Counted from the first letter of the stretch, positions 18,244-27,818 are shown. The stretch: DNA of 54,081 nt from a virus (IMGVR_UViG_3300025543_000036:1-54081); one strand, 5' to 3'. Translations and numbers: made by a program. The notes: generated from the letters alone by a model not told the origin.

Positions 18244-19092
18244 CTATTGGAATTGATATCTAATTATTACCACGCCACTGCCACCACCGTTAGTGCCAGT
18301 CGCGTTGTTGTGACCTGTTCCGCCACCGCCACTGCCTGTATTTACGCTGCCGGGCGTTGCTGCAATTCCACCCTCGCCTCCAGTTCCGCCGCCGCCGCTT
18401 CCACCGGCACCCCTGCCTCCGACTTCTGTAGTGCCGCCGCCACCACCTCCCGCTCTGGTGACCGATGATCCGGTTATGCTGGAGGCAGTACCAGAGCCGC
18501 CTGGACCGCCTGGAGTTGTACTGGTATTTCCATTACCACCAGCACTACCACTACCGCCTCCTCCTCCGGCTGTGCCGTTATTATCAGAGCTTATTCCACC
18601 ATTATTGCCTTGACCAGATGTCCCGGTGCCGGCGCTACCAGAACCAAGGCCGGCAGCACCGCCACCCGACCCTCCATTACCTCCGTTAGCAGCACCATCT
18701 GCACCACCACCACCTCCTCCCGTTGAGGTTATCGATGAAAATACCGAATTAGAACCGCTCGCGCCTTGCGTACTACCACTCGATGATGCCGCACCACCAG
18801 CACCAACAGTAATGCTATACGCTTGTTGGGATACACTAAAATTAGTTGCTGTTCGATAGCCTCCCGCACCACCTCCACCACCGTAGAAATCTGAACCTCC
18901 TGCAGCACCTCCTGCAATAACTAGATACTGGACTACACCATCAGCCCCTAATTGTGTAATAGTAAATGTTCCACTAGAGTTAAAAGTATGTACTTTAAAG
19001 TTGCCGTCCGTTGTTATTGTTCCACCAGTAGCCACAGTAAATGCAGCGCCTGAAGAAGAAATACCACCCTGGACTATAGGAAGTAGTGACAT
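18244..19092 (-). CDS. Glycine-rich domain tail protein
   Basis: HTFNSSGTF, YLVIAGG, GGGGAGG, GGSGVVIIRY. Confidence 0.75.
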   Translation of the reverse strand: MSLLPIVQGGISSSGAAFTVATGGTITTDGNFKVHTFNSSGTFTITQLGADGVVQYLVIAGGAAGGSDFYGGGGGAGGYRTATNFSVSQQAYSITVGAGGAASSSGSTQGASGSNSVFSSITSTGGGGGGADGAANGGNGGSGGGAAGLGSGSAGTGTSGQGNNGGISSDNNGTAGGGGGSGSAGGNGNTSTTPGGPGGSGTASSITGSSVTRAGGGGGGTTEVGGRGAGGSGGGGTGGEGGIAATPGSVNTGSGGGGTGHNNATGTNGGGSGVVIIRYQFQ

Positions 19093-20595
19093 TTATTGTA
19101 GTGCTTTCACAGTCAGTAAGGAGAATGTAGTAGAACCATCATTTATTCTTGTAATATAGAAGAAAAACTCATGTCCATTTGTAGTTGTTAAGTCATCTCC
19201 ATCTTTAACAGTATATGCGGAAGTAGTTAGTGTTCCTGCACTTGCATTATTCTTGTATAATATAACCATAGTACAATTTTTAGTAGGAACAGCTAATGTA
19301 TGTGCGCCTCCGTTAGTTGCAAACTGAAAATTGCCATCATCAACGTCAGGAGTAAATGTCCCACTAGATTTAGTACCTGCACTATGAGCAGCCGCACTGA
19401 ATCCTGCAGTTAACTCATCAGCTTCGTCTGCTTTTAAAATATCTGCATTAAAAGCCTCAACATCACTTCCTATTGCTACTCCAAGATTTGTTCTAGCTGT
19501 ACTAGCACTATTTAAGTCTGAAAGATTACTTGCTTTTAATAGAGCAGCAGAGTTAATAGATGTTATAGCTGCTTTATTAACACTAGTTAAAACACTTACA
19601 GCAGCAATATTAGTATTGCTATTTCCAATACTTGTAGCTAAAGCTGAAGAAGTATTAGCTATCCTTGCTAAGTTAACACTAGTTAATACACTAACTGCAG
19701 CAATATTAGTATTACTATTACCTATGCTTGTAGCTAAAGCTGAAGAAGTGTTTGCAACTCTCGTATTAACTGAAGTAATAGCTGCAGCATTAACACTTGT
19801 TAACGCACTAACAGCAGCTAGAGCAGAAGCACTAGGAACTGCAGCACCGCCTATAAATACATTAGTAGATGCAAATAAATTAGCTGCAGAAACATTACCA
19901 CTAAACTCTGCTGCAGTACCACTAACTTTTCCTGTAAAAGATGCTCCACTTACAACAGTAAGCTGATTAGTTGTAAAGGCCGCAACTGATGTAGCTGCAG
20001 ATGCTTCAACACCTGTTAAGTTTGATCCATCACCAAAATAAGATGCTGCAGTTACATTACCACTGAATGTAGCAGCAACACCAGAAAATGTAGAAGCAGA
20101 CACTGCTCCTGTCATAGCTAATGTTGTACCACTTACTTTCCCTGTAAATATACCTGCTGCACCAGCAAATGTTCCTGCTGATACTATACCGCTAAACTCT
20201 GCGGCTGTCCCACTAACTTTACCTGTAAATGCTGCACCACTTACTACAGTAAGTTGATTAGCAGTAAATGATGTTACTGATGTAGGAATAGATGCTTGAA
20301 CACCTGTTAGATTAGAACCGTCACCAAAATAAGTTGATGCACATACAGCAGTTATGAGAGTAGCAGAGTCACCCGTTATTTTTCCTGATGCACTAAGAGC
20401 AGCACCAACTGTTAATTTTCCTGTTGTCTCAACTTCAGAGTTACTTATTTTTAAAGCAGAGTTTGTCCCTTCACCATCTGAAACAAACCGTACAGTTGAA
20501 TCAACTCCGTCATTACTATTACTTACTTGAAGTAAATCTTTATAAGTATTTGATATAAGTTTGCCGGTAAGTGTTGCCATTATATTAGATTCCAA
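19093..20595 (-). CDS. Tail fibre, Ser/Thr/Ala-rich with internal repeats
   Basis: YFGDGSNLTG x2, ARTNLG motif, 32-aa tandem repeat. Confidence 0.75.
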   Translation of the reverse strand: MESNIMATLTGKLISNTYKDLLQVSNSNDGVDSTVRFVSDGEGTNSALKISNSEVETTGKLTVGAALSASGKITGDSATLITAVCASTYFGDGSNLTGVQASIPTSVTSFTANQLTVVSGAAFTGKVSGTAAEFSGIVSAGTFAGAAGIFTGKVSGTTLAMTGAVSASTFSGVAATFSGNVTAASYFGDGSNLTGVEASAATSVAAFTTNQLTVVSGASFTGKVSGTAAEFSGNVSAANLFASTNVFIGGAAVPSASALAAVSALTSVNAAAITSVNTRVANTSSALATSIGNSNTNIAAVSVLTSVNLARIANTSSALATSIGNSNTNIAAVSVLTSVNKAAITSINSAALLKASNLSDLNSASTARTNLGVAIGSDVEAFNADILKADEADELTAGFSAAAHSAGTKSSGTFTPDVDDGNFQFATNGGAHTLAVPTKNCTMVILYKNNASAGTLTTSAYTVKDGDDLTTTNGHEFFFYITRINDGSTTFSLLTVKALQ

Positions 20596-20858
20596 AATTT
20601 ATCTGTGTCTTCCCATTTAGTATTGGCGTTTTGCCATTCAAGATTCCTATCTGAGTTAGACGGTGGACGGGGATTGCGAATATTTGTATCATCTCTTACA
20701 TCAGGTACTTTATTCTGCGGATGGTTCTTTAGATCATATGCTCCATCAAAGTCAGTAGGACAAACAAGTAAACCATAACTGTTAAGTTTCATTACCCTAT
20801 GTGGGTAGACAAAACCACACATATCGCATACAGCTTTGGCATTCTTATTACTCGCCAT
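20580..20858 (-). CDS. Conserved small virion-module protein, Cys motif
   Basis: CDMCGF...LVCP...HPQ...PRP. Confidence 0.6.
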   Translation of the reverse strand: MASNKNAKAVCDMCGFVYPHRVMKLNSYGLLVCPTDFDGAYDLKNHPQNKVPDVRDDTNIRNPRPPSNSDRNLEWQNANTKWEDTDKFWNLI

Positions 20859-20860
20859 TA

Positions 20861-21535
20861 TTATACCCTATTTATTCTAGGTAAAAAATAAGCACTTGCT
20901 CTTTCTCTATCTTCATTCATAGCATTTGTAAGACGTTCTTCATACTCTGCTTTAAGAAGACCAATACGACCTACATCTATACCTGGACGTTTCATAGCCA
21001 TGTAGTAAGCTAACCCTGTAGTTAGGCAAGGTAGAAACCTACGAGATATGTCTGCATTCTGACCAGCAGATTTTGTTACATCTTCTGTGTATTTAACCTG
21101 TTCTAGTTTTAAAATGTCTGTAGTATTCTCTGGGATAGGCCAAAGGAATAAAACAGGATTACCTTTTTCTCTACGAATAGCGTATTGGTTAGGTCTTCCT
21201 GTTTGACTTTTACGAGGAATCTTTAAATACTCTTCCATCGTAATACGTTCGAGTTGAAGATCAACATCATCTCGTCTAAGAACTGCTTCAGTAACATCAA
21301 TTGTACTTGAAGTTAAAGCATAAGATGTTACACTAGTAGAGACTGAAATAGCAGTTGTACCAGCAGTCCAAAGGAGAATGCCACGGTTCTGCCAATCTTG
21401 GAGAAGAAGATTAATCGACCTACGAGCAGATTTAGGTTCATGTCCTAGTGTCTGCTCACCACCAATCATCTCCGTTGCTTCTTGAATAACTTCATCAATA
21501 TCCATTGAGAAGTCGTATGTTCCGCTAGTAGCCAT
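20861..21535 (-). CDS. Head-tail adaptor / tail tubular protein A-like
   Basis: SARRSINLLLQDWQNRG, GRPNQY, LWPIP, GLAYY. Confidence 0.65.
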   Translation of the reverse strand: MATSGTYDFSMDIDEVIQEATEMIGGEQTLGHEPKSARRSINLLLQDWQNRGILLWTAGTTAISVSTSVTSYALTSSTIDVTEAVLRRDDVDLQLERITMEEYLKIPRKSQTGRPNQYAIRREKGNPVLFLWPIPENTTDILKLEQVKYTEDVTKSAGQNADISRRFLPCLTTGLAYYMAMKRPGIDVGRIGLLKAEYEERLTNAMNEDRERASAYFLPRINRV

Positions 21536-21545
21536 TTAGTTATTC

Positions 21546-21749
21546 CTAGTCTTTGTATTCTATGATTTTACCTGGATCATAGTCCACTACAACATCCTGT
21601 TCTTTAGCTTTAATCTGTGGACCTTTACGTGCAGCGCCATATCCTTGACCAGTGGGACGACCTGTCATCTTATCTATATCTTCTGCAGTACGAGGATTAC
21701 GAATATAATTATAAGTATATTCTTTTATTCCCTCTGGATTATTTGACAT
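21546..21749 (-). CDS. Small protein with GxGxAxKG motif
   Basis: 67 aa, SD AGGAG, TGQGYGAARKG. Confidence 0.65.
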   Translation of the reverse strand: MSNNPEGIKEYTYNYIRNPRTAEDIDKMTGRPTGQGYGAARKGPQIKAKEQDVVVDYDPGKIIEYKD

Positions 21750-21751
21750 CT

Positions 21752-21880
21752 TTATCTCCTTTTAGACTTAACGTGCCTATTTGTTTTTAAAGCAATTGAT
21801 CTAATAAGTTTATTTTTCTTTTTCTTTTTAGCTGGTGGTTTAAGAATTTGTTGGTTTATCTTTGATCTATTTATTGCCAT
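21752..21880 (-). CDS. 42-aa basic peptide (not in ORF track)
   Basis: MAINRSKINQQILKPPAKKKKKNKLIRSIALKTNRHVKSKRR, fills the operon gap. Confidence 0.6.
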   Translation of the reverse strand: MAINRSKINQQILKPPAKKKKKNKLIRSIALKTNRHVKSKRR

Positions 21881-21882
21881 TA

Positions 21883-22032
21883 CTAATAAAGGCGATTATG
21901 AGGTGCTTTGCCTACAGCACCGCCTTTAGACATATACTTACTCTTTTTAACTGCTCCACCTTTAGACATATACTTTGTCTTTTTCGTAGAGCCACCTTTC
22001 TTCATCTTGGACATATACTTACTTTTTTTCAT
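21883..22032 (-). CDS. 49-aa Lys-rich repeat peptide (not in ORF track)
   Basis: MKKSKYMSKMKKGGSTKKTKYMSKGGAVKKSKYMSKGGAVGKAPHNRLY, SD AAGGA. Confidence 0.7.
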   Translation of the reverse strand: MKKSKYMSKMKKGGSTKKTKYMSKGGAVKKSKYMSKGGAVGKAPHNRLY

Positions 22033-22696
22033 CTTTAATTTCCTTTTCATACAAGTTGTTAAAAGTTAGATATGGATTCATATAGCTATCATGTATCTCT
22101 GCTGAATGAACATACTGACTTGGTAAAAAGTCTGGTGCGCCTTCACCAGTTACCCACAAAGCAGGGTTAGTTACTCTTACTCTATTGTTTGGTAGTGCTA
22201 CAATATTACCAGTGTATTCTCCTGCATCAATTAATTCTAAAACATGTGACTGTTTATGTTGTGCAGGATCATCTGATATAGAACTATCTGTATAATCTAC
22301 CGTAAATAAATATCTCCCAGTGTGAAAAACATTGTCTATCTTGCATAACCAAGGACTTGAGGATACTCTGTCCATTACTATTATAGCATGATTTCTAGAA
22401 GAACAGTCCCAAGGTTGAGCTAAATGGGTGGGCATTTTAACAGGCCATTCTTCTAACCTAGTATCAGCTATTAAAGCTGTGATGGGCATCCTTGCCCACA
22501 TTGCCCCACCATGTACATTTTCTTCTTCATCACATCCAGTAAATACAACATTAAAAGTTAATGATCTGTCTGGTATTGTATTAACTGCAATTACTAAAGC
22601 GTGTAAATATTCTCCTTCGTATTCTATATGGTTATTAGTAAATTCTTTACGCACCCAACATTTAAATTGTGGGATGTTCGAACTTAGATATGTCAT
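22019..22696 (-). CDS. Conserved phage protein of unknown function
   Basis: 225 aa; GGAMWARMPI, QPWDC, HKQSH, LPNNRVR. Confidence 0.65.
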   Translation of the reverse strand: MTYLSSNIPQFKCWVRKEFTNNHIEYEGEYLHALVIAVNTIPDRSLTFNVVFTGCDEEENVHGGAMWARMPITALIADTRLEEWPVKMPTHLAQPWDCSSRNHAIIVMDRVSSSPWLCKIDNVFHTGRYLFTVDYTDSSISDDPAQHKQSHVLELIDAGEYTGNIVALPNNRVRVTNPALWVTGEGAPDFLPSQYVHSAEIHDSYMNPYLTFNNLYEKEIKDEKK

Positions 22697-22733
22697 TTTA
22701 TTTTTTACTTTTATATTTGTAAGGTTTCTTTCT

Positions 22734-23045
22734 TTAACACTTCCATCTTTTTCTAGCTTGCCTAAGTCTTGAGTTAGGATTCTTAGCGGCTTTAGGAAAC
22801 TTCTTCATTTGTCCTGCTGATCTAGCGCAATAACTTTTACGTCTTGCTGCTCTCTTACCAGTAGGTTTAGATTCAGTTACAGCAGTTTTAAGTTTACTAC
22901 CAGGATTTTGTCTACGGTATTTAGCTACTCCTTTAGCAGTTAGACCAGCACCAGATTTAGTAGGACGTTTATGACCACCACCGATAGTCATTCCCTTCAT
23001 GCCCTTACCTTTTCGTACACTTTTCTTTTTTGTTCTTACTGCCAT
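22734..23045 (-). CDS. Basic protein (DUF6321-like)
   Basis: GAGLTAKGV...RRKSYCARS...RWKC. Confidence 0.6.
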   Translation of the reverse strand: MAVRTKKKSVRKGKGMKGMTIGGGHKRPTKSGAGLTAKGVAKYRRQNPGSKLKTAVTESKPTGKRAARRKSYCARSAGQMKKFPKAAKNPNSRLRQARKRWKC

Positions 23046-23052
23046 TCTCTAC

Positions 23053-23538
23053 CTATTTACCTTTCATAGCTTTACCAAAACCTCTCTTGGCTATCCCACA
23101 CCCTCTAGGTTTAATTTGACCACCCCCTGACTTAAATGTTTTTACCATTGTAGGCTTACCACCTACTCCTTGAGGTTTAGCTCTCTTTCTTTTAACAGCA
23201 GACTTCTTCTCAGAGGCTGACATACTTTTTGCTTTAGCAAGCGGCACACACTTAGGATATTTTCTTTTACTTCCTTTAGCAGACTTTCTACCACAAGGCT
23301 GATACTTACCATCCTTCTTTGGCGCACCAATGTCAACCCATTTCTCGCCTACCCACTTACGAAGACCGCCTCCCTTTTTCTTTTTAACAGCCTTTTTCTT
23401 TTTCTTTCCACCAGGAGTTACTTTGCCACTACAGACTGCGGATGCATACATATTAGCATAAGCTGATGGGTAAACATCAAACTTTCTTTTTGCTGCAGCT
23501 TTTCCTTTAGCACAAAGTTTAGCCATACTTAAACCCAA
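23053..23538 (-). CDS. Basic protein (DUF5872-like)
   Basis: YPSAYAN, GLRKWVGEKWVDI, YPKCVP. Confidence 0.6.
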   Translation of the reverse strand: MGLSMAKLCAKGKAAAKRKFDVYPSAYANMYASAVCSGKVTPGGKKKKKAVKKKKGGGLRKWVGEKWVDIGAPKKDGKYQPCGRKSAKGSKRKYPKCVPLAKAKSMSASEKKSAVKRKRAKPQGVGGKPTMVKTFKSGGGQIKPRGCGIAKRGFGKAMKGK

Positions 23539-24242
23539 CCGCCTCCTGTACCTCTAGTACGTTTATTTCCTTTACTAGCACCCATATTAGGTTTAAAACC
23601 TTTTATAGCTGAACGAACACCGCGAGGTGCTTGACTTACTTTTTTCTTCTTACCTTTTCCTACACGACCACCCTTTGAGTCGCCTTCATAAAGTTCTTCT
23701 TCTTCTATTCTTTCTTTAATCTCATCAGAAACAGTCTTGTCATCTAAAATTTCTGCTGTATCTCTTCTATACTCAAACCCTGCTTTTCCAGCCGCACCAG
23801 GATATGCCTTATACTCACTACCTGTTTTTTTAGGAGCAGGAGCAGATTTCTTTTTTGGTTCTTGAGATTTAAGAGTAGTTACTTTAGGAGGAGGACCAAC
23901 TTCTTTTTCTGGTAACTTCTTACTCTTCTTACTAGCTACAGATGCTATTCCTGCTGCTGTGCCTATTCCTGCTGCAGCAACCGCTTTTCTACCACCCCTT
24001 GGTAATTTTTTACCTGGAACTTTACCACCTATTTTAGGAGCAGCATCTTTTGCTAATTTAGTAGCTCTAGCTTCACTCATTGTTTTTATTGGTTGTCTAG
24101 AAGCTGTTGTTTGTTTTTCTATAACTTTTTTACTTGCTTTTCTAGCATAACCTTTACTCATTAAAGATTTTGCTACTCTTGGAGCAACTCTTGCAACTAT
24201 ATTAGCTCCTACAATTACTATTGGAATTAATGGTACTGGCAT
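23529..24242 (-). CDS. Lys-rich hypothetical protein
   Basis: 237 aa, SD AGGAG, SKGGRVGKG motif. Confidence 0.65.
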   Translation of the reverse strand: MPVPLIPIVIVGANIVARVAPRVAKSLMSKGYARKASKKVIEKQTTASRQPIKTMSEARATKLAKDAAPKIGGKVPGKKLPRGGRKAVAAAGIGTAAGIASVASKKSKKLPEKEVGPPPKVTTLKSQEPKKKSAPAPKKTGSEYKAYPGAAGKAGFEYRRDTAEILDDKTVSDEIKERIEEEELYEGDSKGGRVGKGKKKKVSQAPRGVRSAIKGFKPNMGASKGNKRTRGTGGGWV

Positions 24243-24257
24243 AATATTCTCCTATAA

Positions 24258-24596
24258 TTAAAAGCCACGTAAAGCAACACCTGCTCCACGGCCTGAAAAG
24301 TTATTTCTTTTTTTAACTTTTTGTTTTTTATTCTTGCCTTTTCCTACACGACCACCGTCAGACTCACTAACGTAATCACTATTAAATCCACTAATGTTAC
24401 TTGATAAATAATTAAAGTCAGGCATGTTTGCTTGTTGCCGTTCATAAGCTGTATCAAACTCTGCGTCTGACATACCATCACCTTTTTTACGCTTTCTTTT
24501 TCCTACTCCTTTTCTATTCTTAGCATCCAACTCTCTTTGATACTTTGTAGCAGGACTTTCATTAGGGTTAAGAGGATCAAAAATAGGACCAGCCAT
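24258..24596 (-). CDS. Hypothetical protein with GG and RGxG motifs
   Basis: 112 aa, SDGGRVGKG, RGAGVALRGF. Confidence 0.65.
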   Translation of the reverse strand: MAGPIFDPLNPNESPATKYQRELDAKNRKGVGKRKRKKGDGMSDAEFDTAYERQQANMPDFNYLSSNISGFNSDYVSESDGGRVGKGKNKKQKVKKRNNFSGRGAGVALRGF

Positions 24597-24607
24597 TATA
24601 GTCTCCT

Positions 24608-25264
24608 TTAATTAGTATTAGCTACTAGATTGTCATCTGCGCCAGCAGGACTTGCAGGACTTTGCATATCATCCCTACGTGTTCTACGTGCTTGATTGCG
24701 CTGTAATTCTAGAAGCTGTGAGTATCGCTGTTCAAATAACTGTGAAGTAGGATAGTCTTTTTGAAAGACCATAGCCTCTATCATAGAAGCATTAAAAAGA
24801 AGGTCATAACAAAAATCAGTATAATAGTTTTCGGGAGTTGCAGATGTTAATGTTACTGGGCGACTAACATGTACAACTTGTCCACCATAAGTAGAAGCAG
24901 GAGTAGGCGCAATCAAAACTGTAGTATTATTACGAGGAGCGTAATATCTTGGCTCATCAGTTGATGCGCTTACAGGCCAGTAGTCATTAATATATTCATC
25001 TGTTCTTTGTAACAGATTAATTTTTGTAGAGTTACTTACAATATTAATATTCTTAACTACTCTTGTTCCTGTAGGTAAAGTAAGGATATTATTTCCAGAA
25101 GAAACAGCAATAGAAGTATAAGATACTAGACCATAGTCATCTAAGTCTTTTGTTAAACGCTCTTCAGCACGATTAACCATCTTAGGAATATAGTTAATAA
25201 ACTCTGTTCCTTCATTCTCAGACGCCTGAATAATATCATTTACTAAATAAGTATAATCAACCAT
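24608..25264 (-). CDS. Head-tail adaptor/connector protein
   Basis: AEERL, PRYYA, APTP, LLFNASMIEA; downstream of capsid. Confidence 0.6.
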   Translation of the reverse strand: MVDYTYLVNDIIQASENEGTEFINYIPKMVNRAEERLTKDLDDYGLVSYTSIAVSSGNNILTLPTGTRVVKNINIVSNSTKINLLQRTDEYINDYWPVSASTDEPRYYAPRNNTTVLIAPTPASTYGGQVVHVSRPVTLTSATPENYYTDFCYDLLFNASMIEAMVFQKDYPTSQLFEQRYSQLLELQRNQARRTRRDDMQSPASPAGADDNLVANTN

Positions 25265-25562
25265 AGAACACTGCTATTGTTGCTGCTGAAGTTGGAGCAG
25301 AAACCACAACTGTTCCTTTCATTGCAACACCTAAATCAGAGAAGTAAACTTCATTTGCATCACATGCTGTAGTATTTACAAATCTAATATTATTTCCTTT
25401 AACTGTGCCTCGCGCATCAGTAGAAGTTCCAGTAATAAGAAACTGACCAACGCCTGTAGCAAATACGGAACGGATACGAGTATCTGCAAGAGAGACACTA
25501 GTTACAGTATCAAGAACCGCCCCACTTCCAGTTACAAATCCCTGTCGAATAGTAGTTGCCAT
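25257..25562 (-). CDS. Small structural protein
   Basis: 101 aa beta-rich, ends VFYG. Confidence 0.55.
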   Translation of the reverse strand: MATTIRQGFVTGSGAVLDTVTSVSLADTRIRSVFATGVGQFLITGTSTDARGTVKGNNIRFVNTTACDANEVYFSDLGVAMKGTVVVSAPTSAATIAVFYG

Positions 25563-25624
25563 GTTTTGTTCCTTTATATAAATAGAATTTAATTATTTGT
25601 ATTATATAACAAGACCAGTAATTA

Positions 25625-25673
25625 CAAAAGCAAAGGGTGAAGAAAAAGAAGCTTGTATCTTTCTCTCCACCCT
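25625..25673 (-). terminator. Rho-independent terminator after capsid gene
   Basis: Long imperfect stem AGGGTGGAGAGAAAGA/TCTTTTTCTTCACCCT followed by TTGCTTTTG. Confidence 0.6.
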
Positions 25674-25712
25674 CACCTAACTTAGTCTATATTAACCTAG
25701 TTTACGCTGCTC

Positions 25713-26657
25713 TTAGGACGAACCAGAAGCACCATAATAGCTACGCCAATCAGAGAAGCCGAAGCTGTAACGCTCACGCGCTTTAAACCTAAGATTGCCT
25801 GTATCGAAATCAGGTTCCATCTTAGTTTGAAGAGGCGCACGAACAAACATTTTAGCTCCATTCGGGCAATCAGTACGCAGATACCAAGCATTTCCATCTT
25901 GGAACCTACGGTTTACATAAAAGCCACCAGGAACTAGACCCTGATTACGGATGCTGTTAATATCATTAACATTCGTTGCACCGTTACCAGCAGTCGTTGG
26001 GTTAACACCAATTGTCGTTGACATTGTGCTATTCAAGATTTGGTCTGCCGTAAAGGCAAGGTCCGAAGGCACATGAAGTGACTCAACCTGTAGACCAACA
26101 AGAATACCACGATCATCTTCTGCTTTTGAGATGGTAATCAAAGCCGACTCAAGAGATGCTTCCGAAAGATCAGTAGCACCAAGAGTGTTGGATTGAGTAC
26201 CGCCACCAACTACTGGATGACTAGCACTGAAGAAAGGCTGTCCGTCCCCACCAGGACTTGTCGCCGCAAAGCCGTTGTTGAAAACATCAGCAGCTTTAAC
26301 TTGCTTAGTGTTAGCCATTGCACGGGCAAGACCACGCGCACGTAGTTTAGCAAAAGTGTCATAAAGATTATCTTCCATAGCTTCTTCAGTTACTGCAAAA
26401 GCAAGAGCTATAGTCTCGTGACTGTAACGAGAAGCATAGCCTTCTTGTGCATCATCAAACTGAACAGCAGCGCCTTCACTTTTAACAGGTGCTGTGCCAA
26501 AGCCGGTGAATAGAACTTCTTCCTCAAACGCACGATCTGATTGTTCAATATCAAAGAGTGAAGCATGTTCATTGTCCACATCATTGTATTCAATACCAAA
26601 TACAGCGTTTAATCCTGGGAGCAGTTCTTTCGCAATACTAGAGCGATTAATAGCCAT
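25713..26657 (-). CDS. Major capsid protein
   Basis: MAINRSSIAKELLPGLNAVFG, SDRAFEEE, FDTGNLRFKARERYSFG; position after scaffold. Confidence 0.85.
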   Translation of the reverse strand: MAINRSSIAKELLPGLNAVFGIEYNDVDNEHASLFDIEQSDRAFEEEVLFTGFGTAPVKSEGAAVQFDDAQEGYASRYSHETIALAFAVTEEAMEDNLYDTFAKLRARGLARAMANTKQVKAADVFNNGFAATSPGGDGQPFFSASHPVVGGGTQSNTLGATDLSEASLESALITISKAEDDRGILVGLQVESLHVPSDLAFTADQILNSTMSTTIGVNPTTAGNGATNVNDINSIRNQGLVPGGFYVNRRFQDGNAWYLRTDCPNGAKMFVRAPLQTKMEPDFDTGNLRFKARERYSFGFSDWRSYYGASGSS

Positions 26658-26675
26658 TTTTTATTACTCCCTTCC

Positions 26676-27263
26676 TTAGTTAGCCGATGAGTCAGCGGAG
26701 ATGTAAGCATCTACGTGACGCACGATACGAACTTCCAGTTTTGGAAAAGCACGATCTGCAGCAACACTAATATCATTTCCTGGCTCATCTAATACAGAGA
26801 TAGCACGAAGCATACCACCTGTAGTGTCCGTGCGAGAAGCAGCGGCAATTCCGAAGCCTGAACGACCAGTTACTGTAGAACCTGCACCTATTGTACAACT
26901 AAAGTTCTTCGACATAATATCACCAGCAGTGACAGAAGCATCAGCTTGAACTACAAAGGTAGCTTGTGGGTCATCAACAACGAATGCAACCGCATCGTCA
27001 GAAGATGTACCACTAGGCCAGTAGTTAGAATACTTAATTTCACCGTTAGCAGTATATTGACAACCCTGAAAAACACCTATAGCTTTTTGGGTTGAAACGC
27101 TTAAAACGACCACATTTCCTGCAACATTACAAACAATATCGCCACTGAAGATGTTGGTTCCGAAACCACTTGCAATGGGATATTCATTCGTAGCAGTGCT
27201 GTTCGAGGCACCACCACGTTTGCGAGAAGGACTAAGGCCGTTTAGTGCTTTTGTATCACTCAT
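26676..27263 (-). CDS. Capsid decoration/minor head protein
   Basis: 195 aa directly upstream of MCP; GVFQGCQY, VVDDP. Confidence 0.55.
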   Translation of the reverse strand: MSDTKALNGLSPSRKRGGASNSTATNEYPIASGFGTNIFSGDIVCNVAGNVVVLSVSTQKAIGVFQGCQYTANGEIKYSNYWPSGTSSDDAVAFVVDDPQATFVVQADASVTAGDIMSKNFSCTIGAGSTVTGRSGFGIAAASRTDTTGGMLRAISVLDEPGNDISVAADRAFPKLEVRIVRHVDAYISADSSAN

Positions 27264-27311
27264 AACACTATTCCTTTCCTTGTTTTAAAGTTACGATGAC
27301 AAACAGGAAAG

Positions 27312-27812
27312 CTAATCTTGAAAAGAAGGTTGCCTTCCTGTAGTTACCCTTGAGCGACTAGAGTTTGAAATTGGCATACGTGAATCTGAATTACGCATTA
27401 GTTGTGCGTTTACAGCGCCTACCGCATCCCTACTTTTTTGCTCATAAAATTCTTGACGGGATTCAGCTAGGTCAGTTGGCATTTTTGCCAAAGCCAAGTC
27501 TCCACGACAGACTGCTCCTGAATATCGTCCTTCCTCTCTCACGACAGAGGAGTGTGTCATTTCGGGAACTTCCTCGGATTGAACTATCTCCCAACCTTCT
27601 GCTTGGCGCTTACTGATATTTTGAATATCATCATTGCCTTTCATAGTCATACGAATCCAACGCAAAGACATGCCTTCACTTTTGAATCTTTCTGCAACAG
27701 TCGGTGGAATATCTAACCAATTAGGTTCTTCAAAAGTCCTACGAGGTTTAGCTTCCCTTGTGCTAGTACTACGTGAGTTTGTATTTCGTGCCATTGTAAT
27801 TTTTCCTTCCAC
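27312..27812 (-). CDS. Conserved head-module protein
   Basis: LRWIR, EGWEIV, GDLALAKMP. Confidence 0.6.
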   Translation of the reverse strand: MEGKITMARNTNSRSTSTREAKPRRTFEEPNWLDIPPTVAERFKSEGMSLRWIRMTMKGNDDIQNISKRQAEGWEIVQSEEVPEMTHSSVVREEGRYSGAVCRGDLALAKMPTDLAESRQEFYEQKSRDAVGAVNAQLMRNSDSRMPISNSSRSRVTTGRQPSFQD

Positions 27813-27818
27813 GCTTAA

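Noticed and set aside
18247-18917. Pro-rich and other alternative ORFs over the glycine-rich gene, and its high GC
   Set aside because: Antisense or off-frame shadows of poly-Gly codons; amino-acid composition explains most of the GC rise
25697-25897. Overlapping ORF at the MCP 3' end as a frameshift extension
   Set aside because: Would extend only 16 nt past the MCP stop; no clear slippery site
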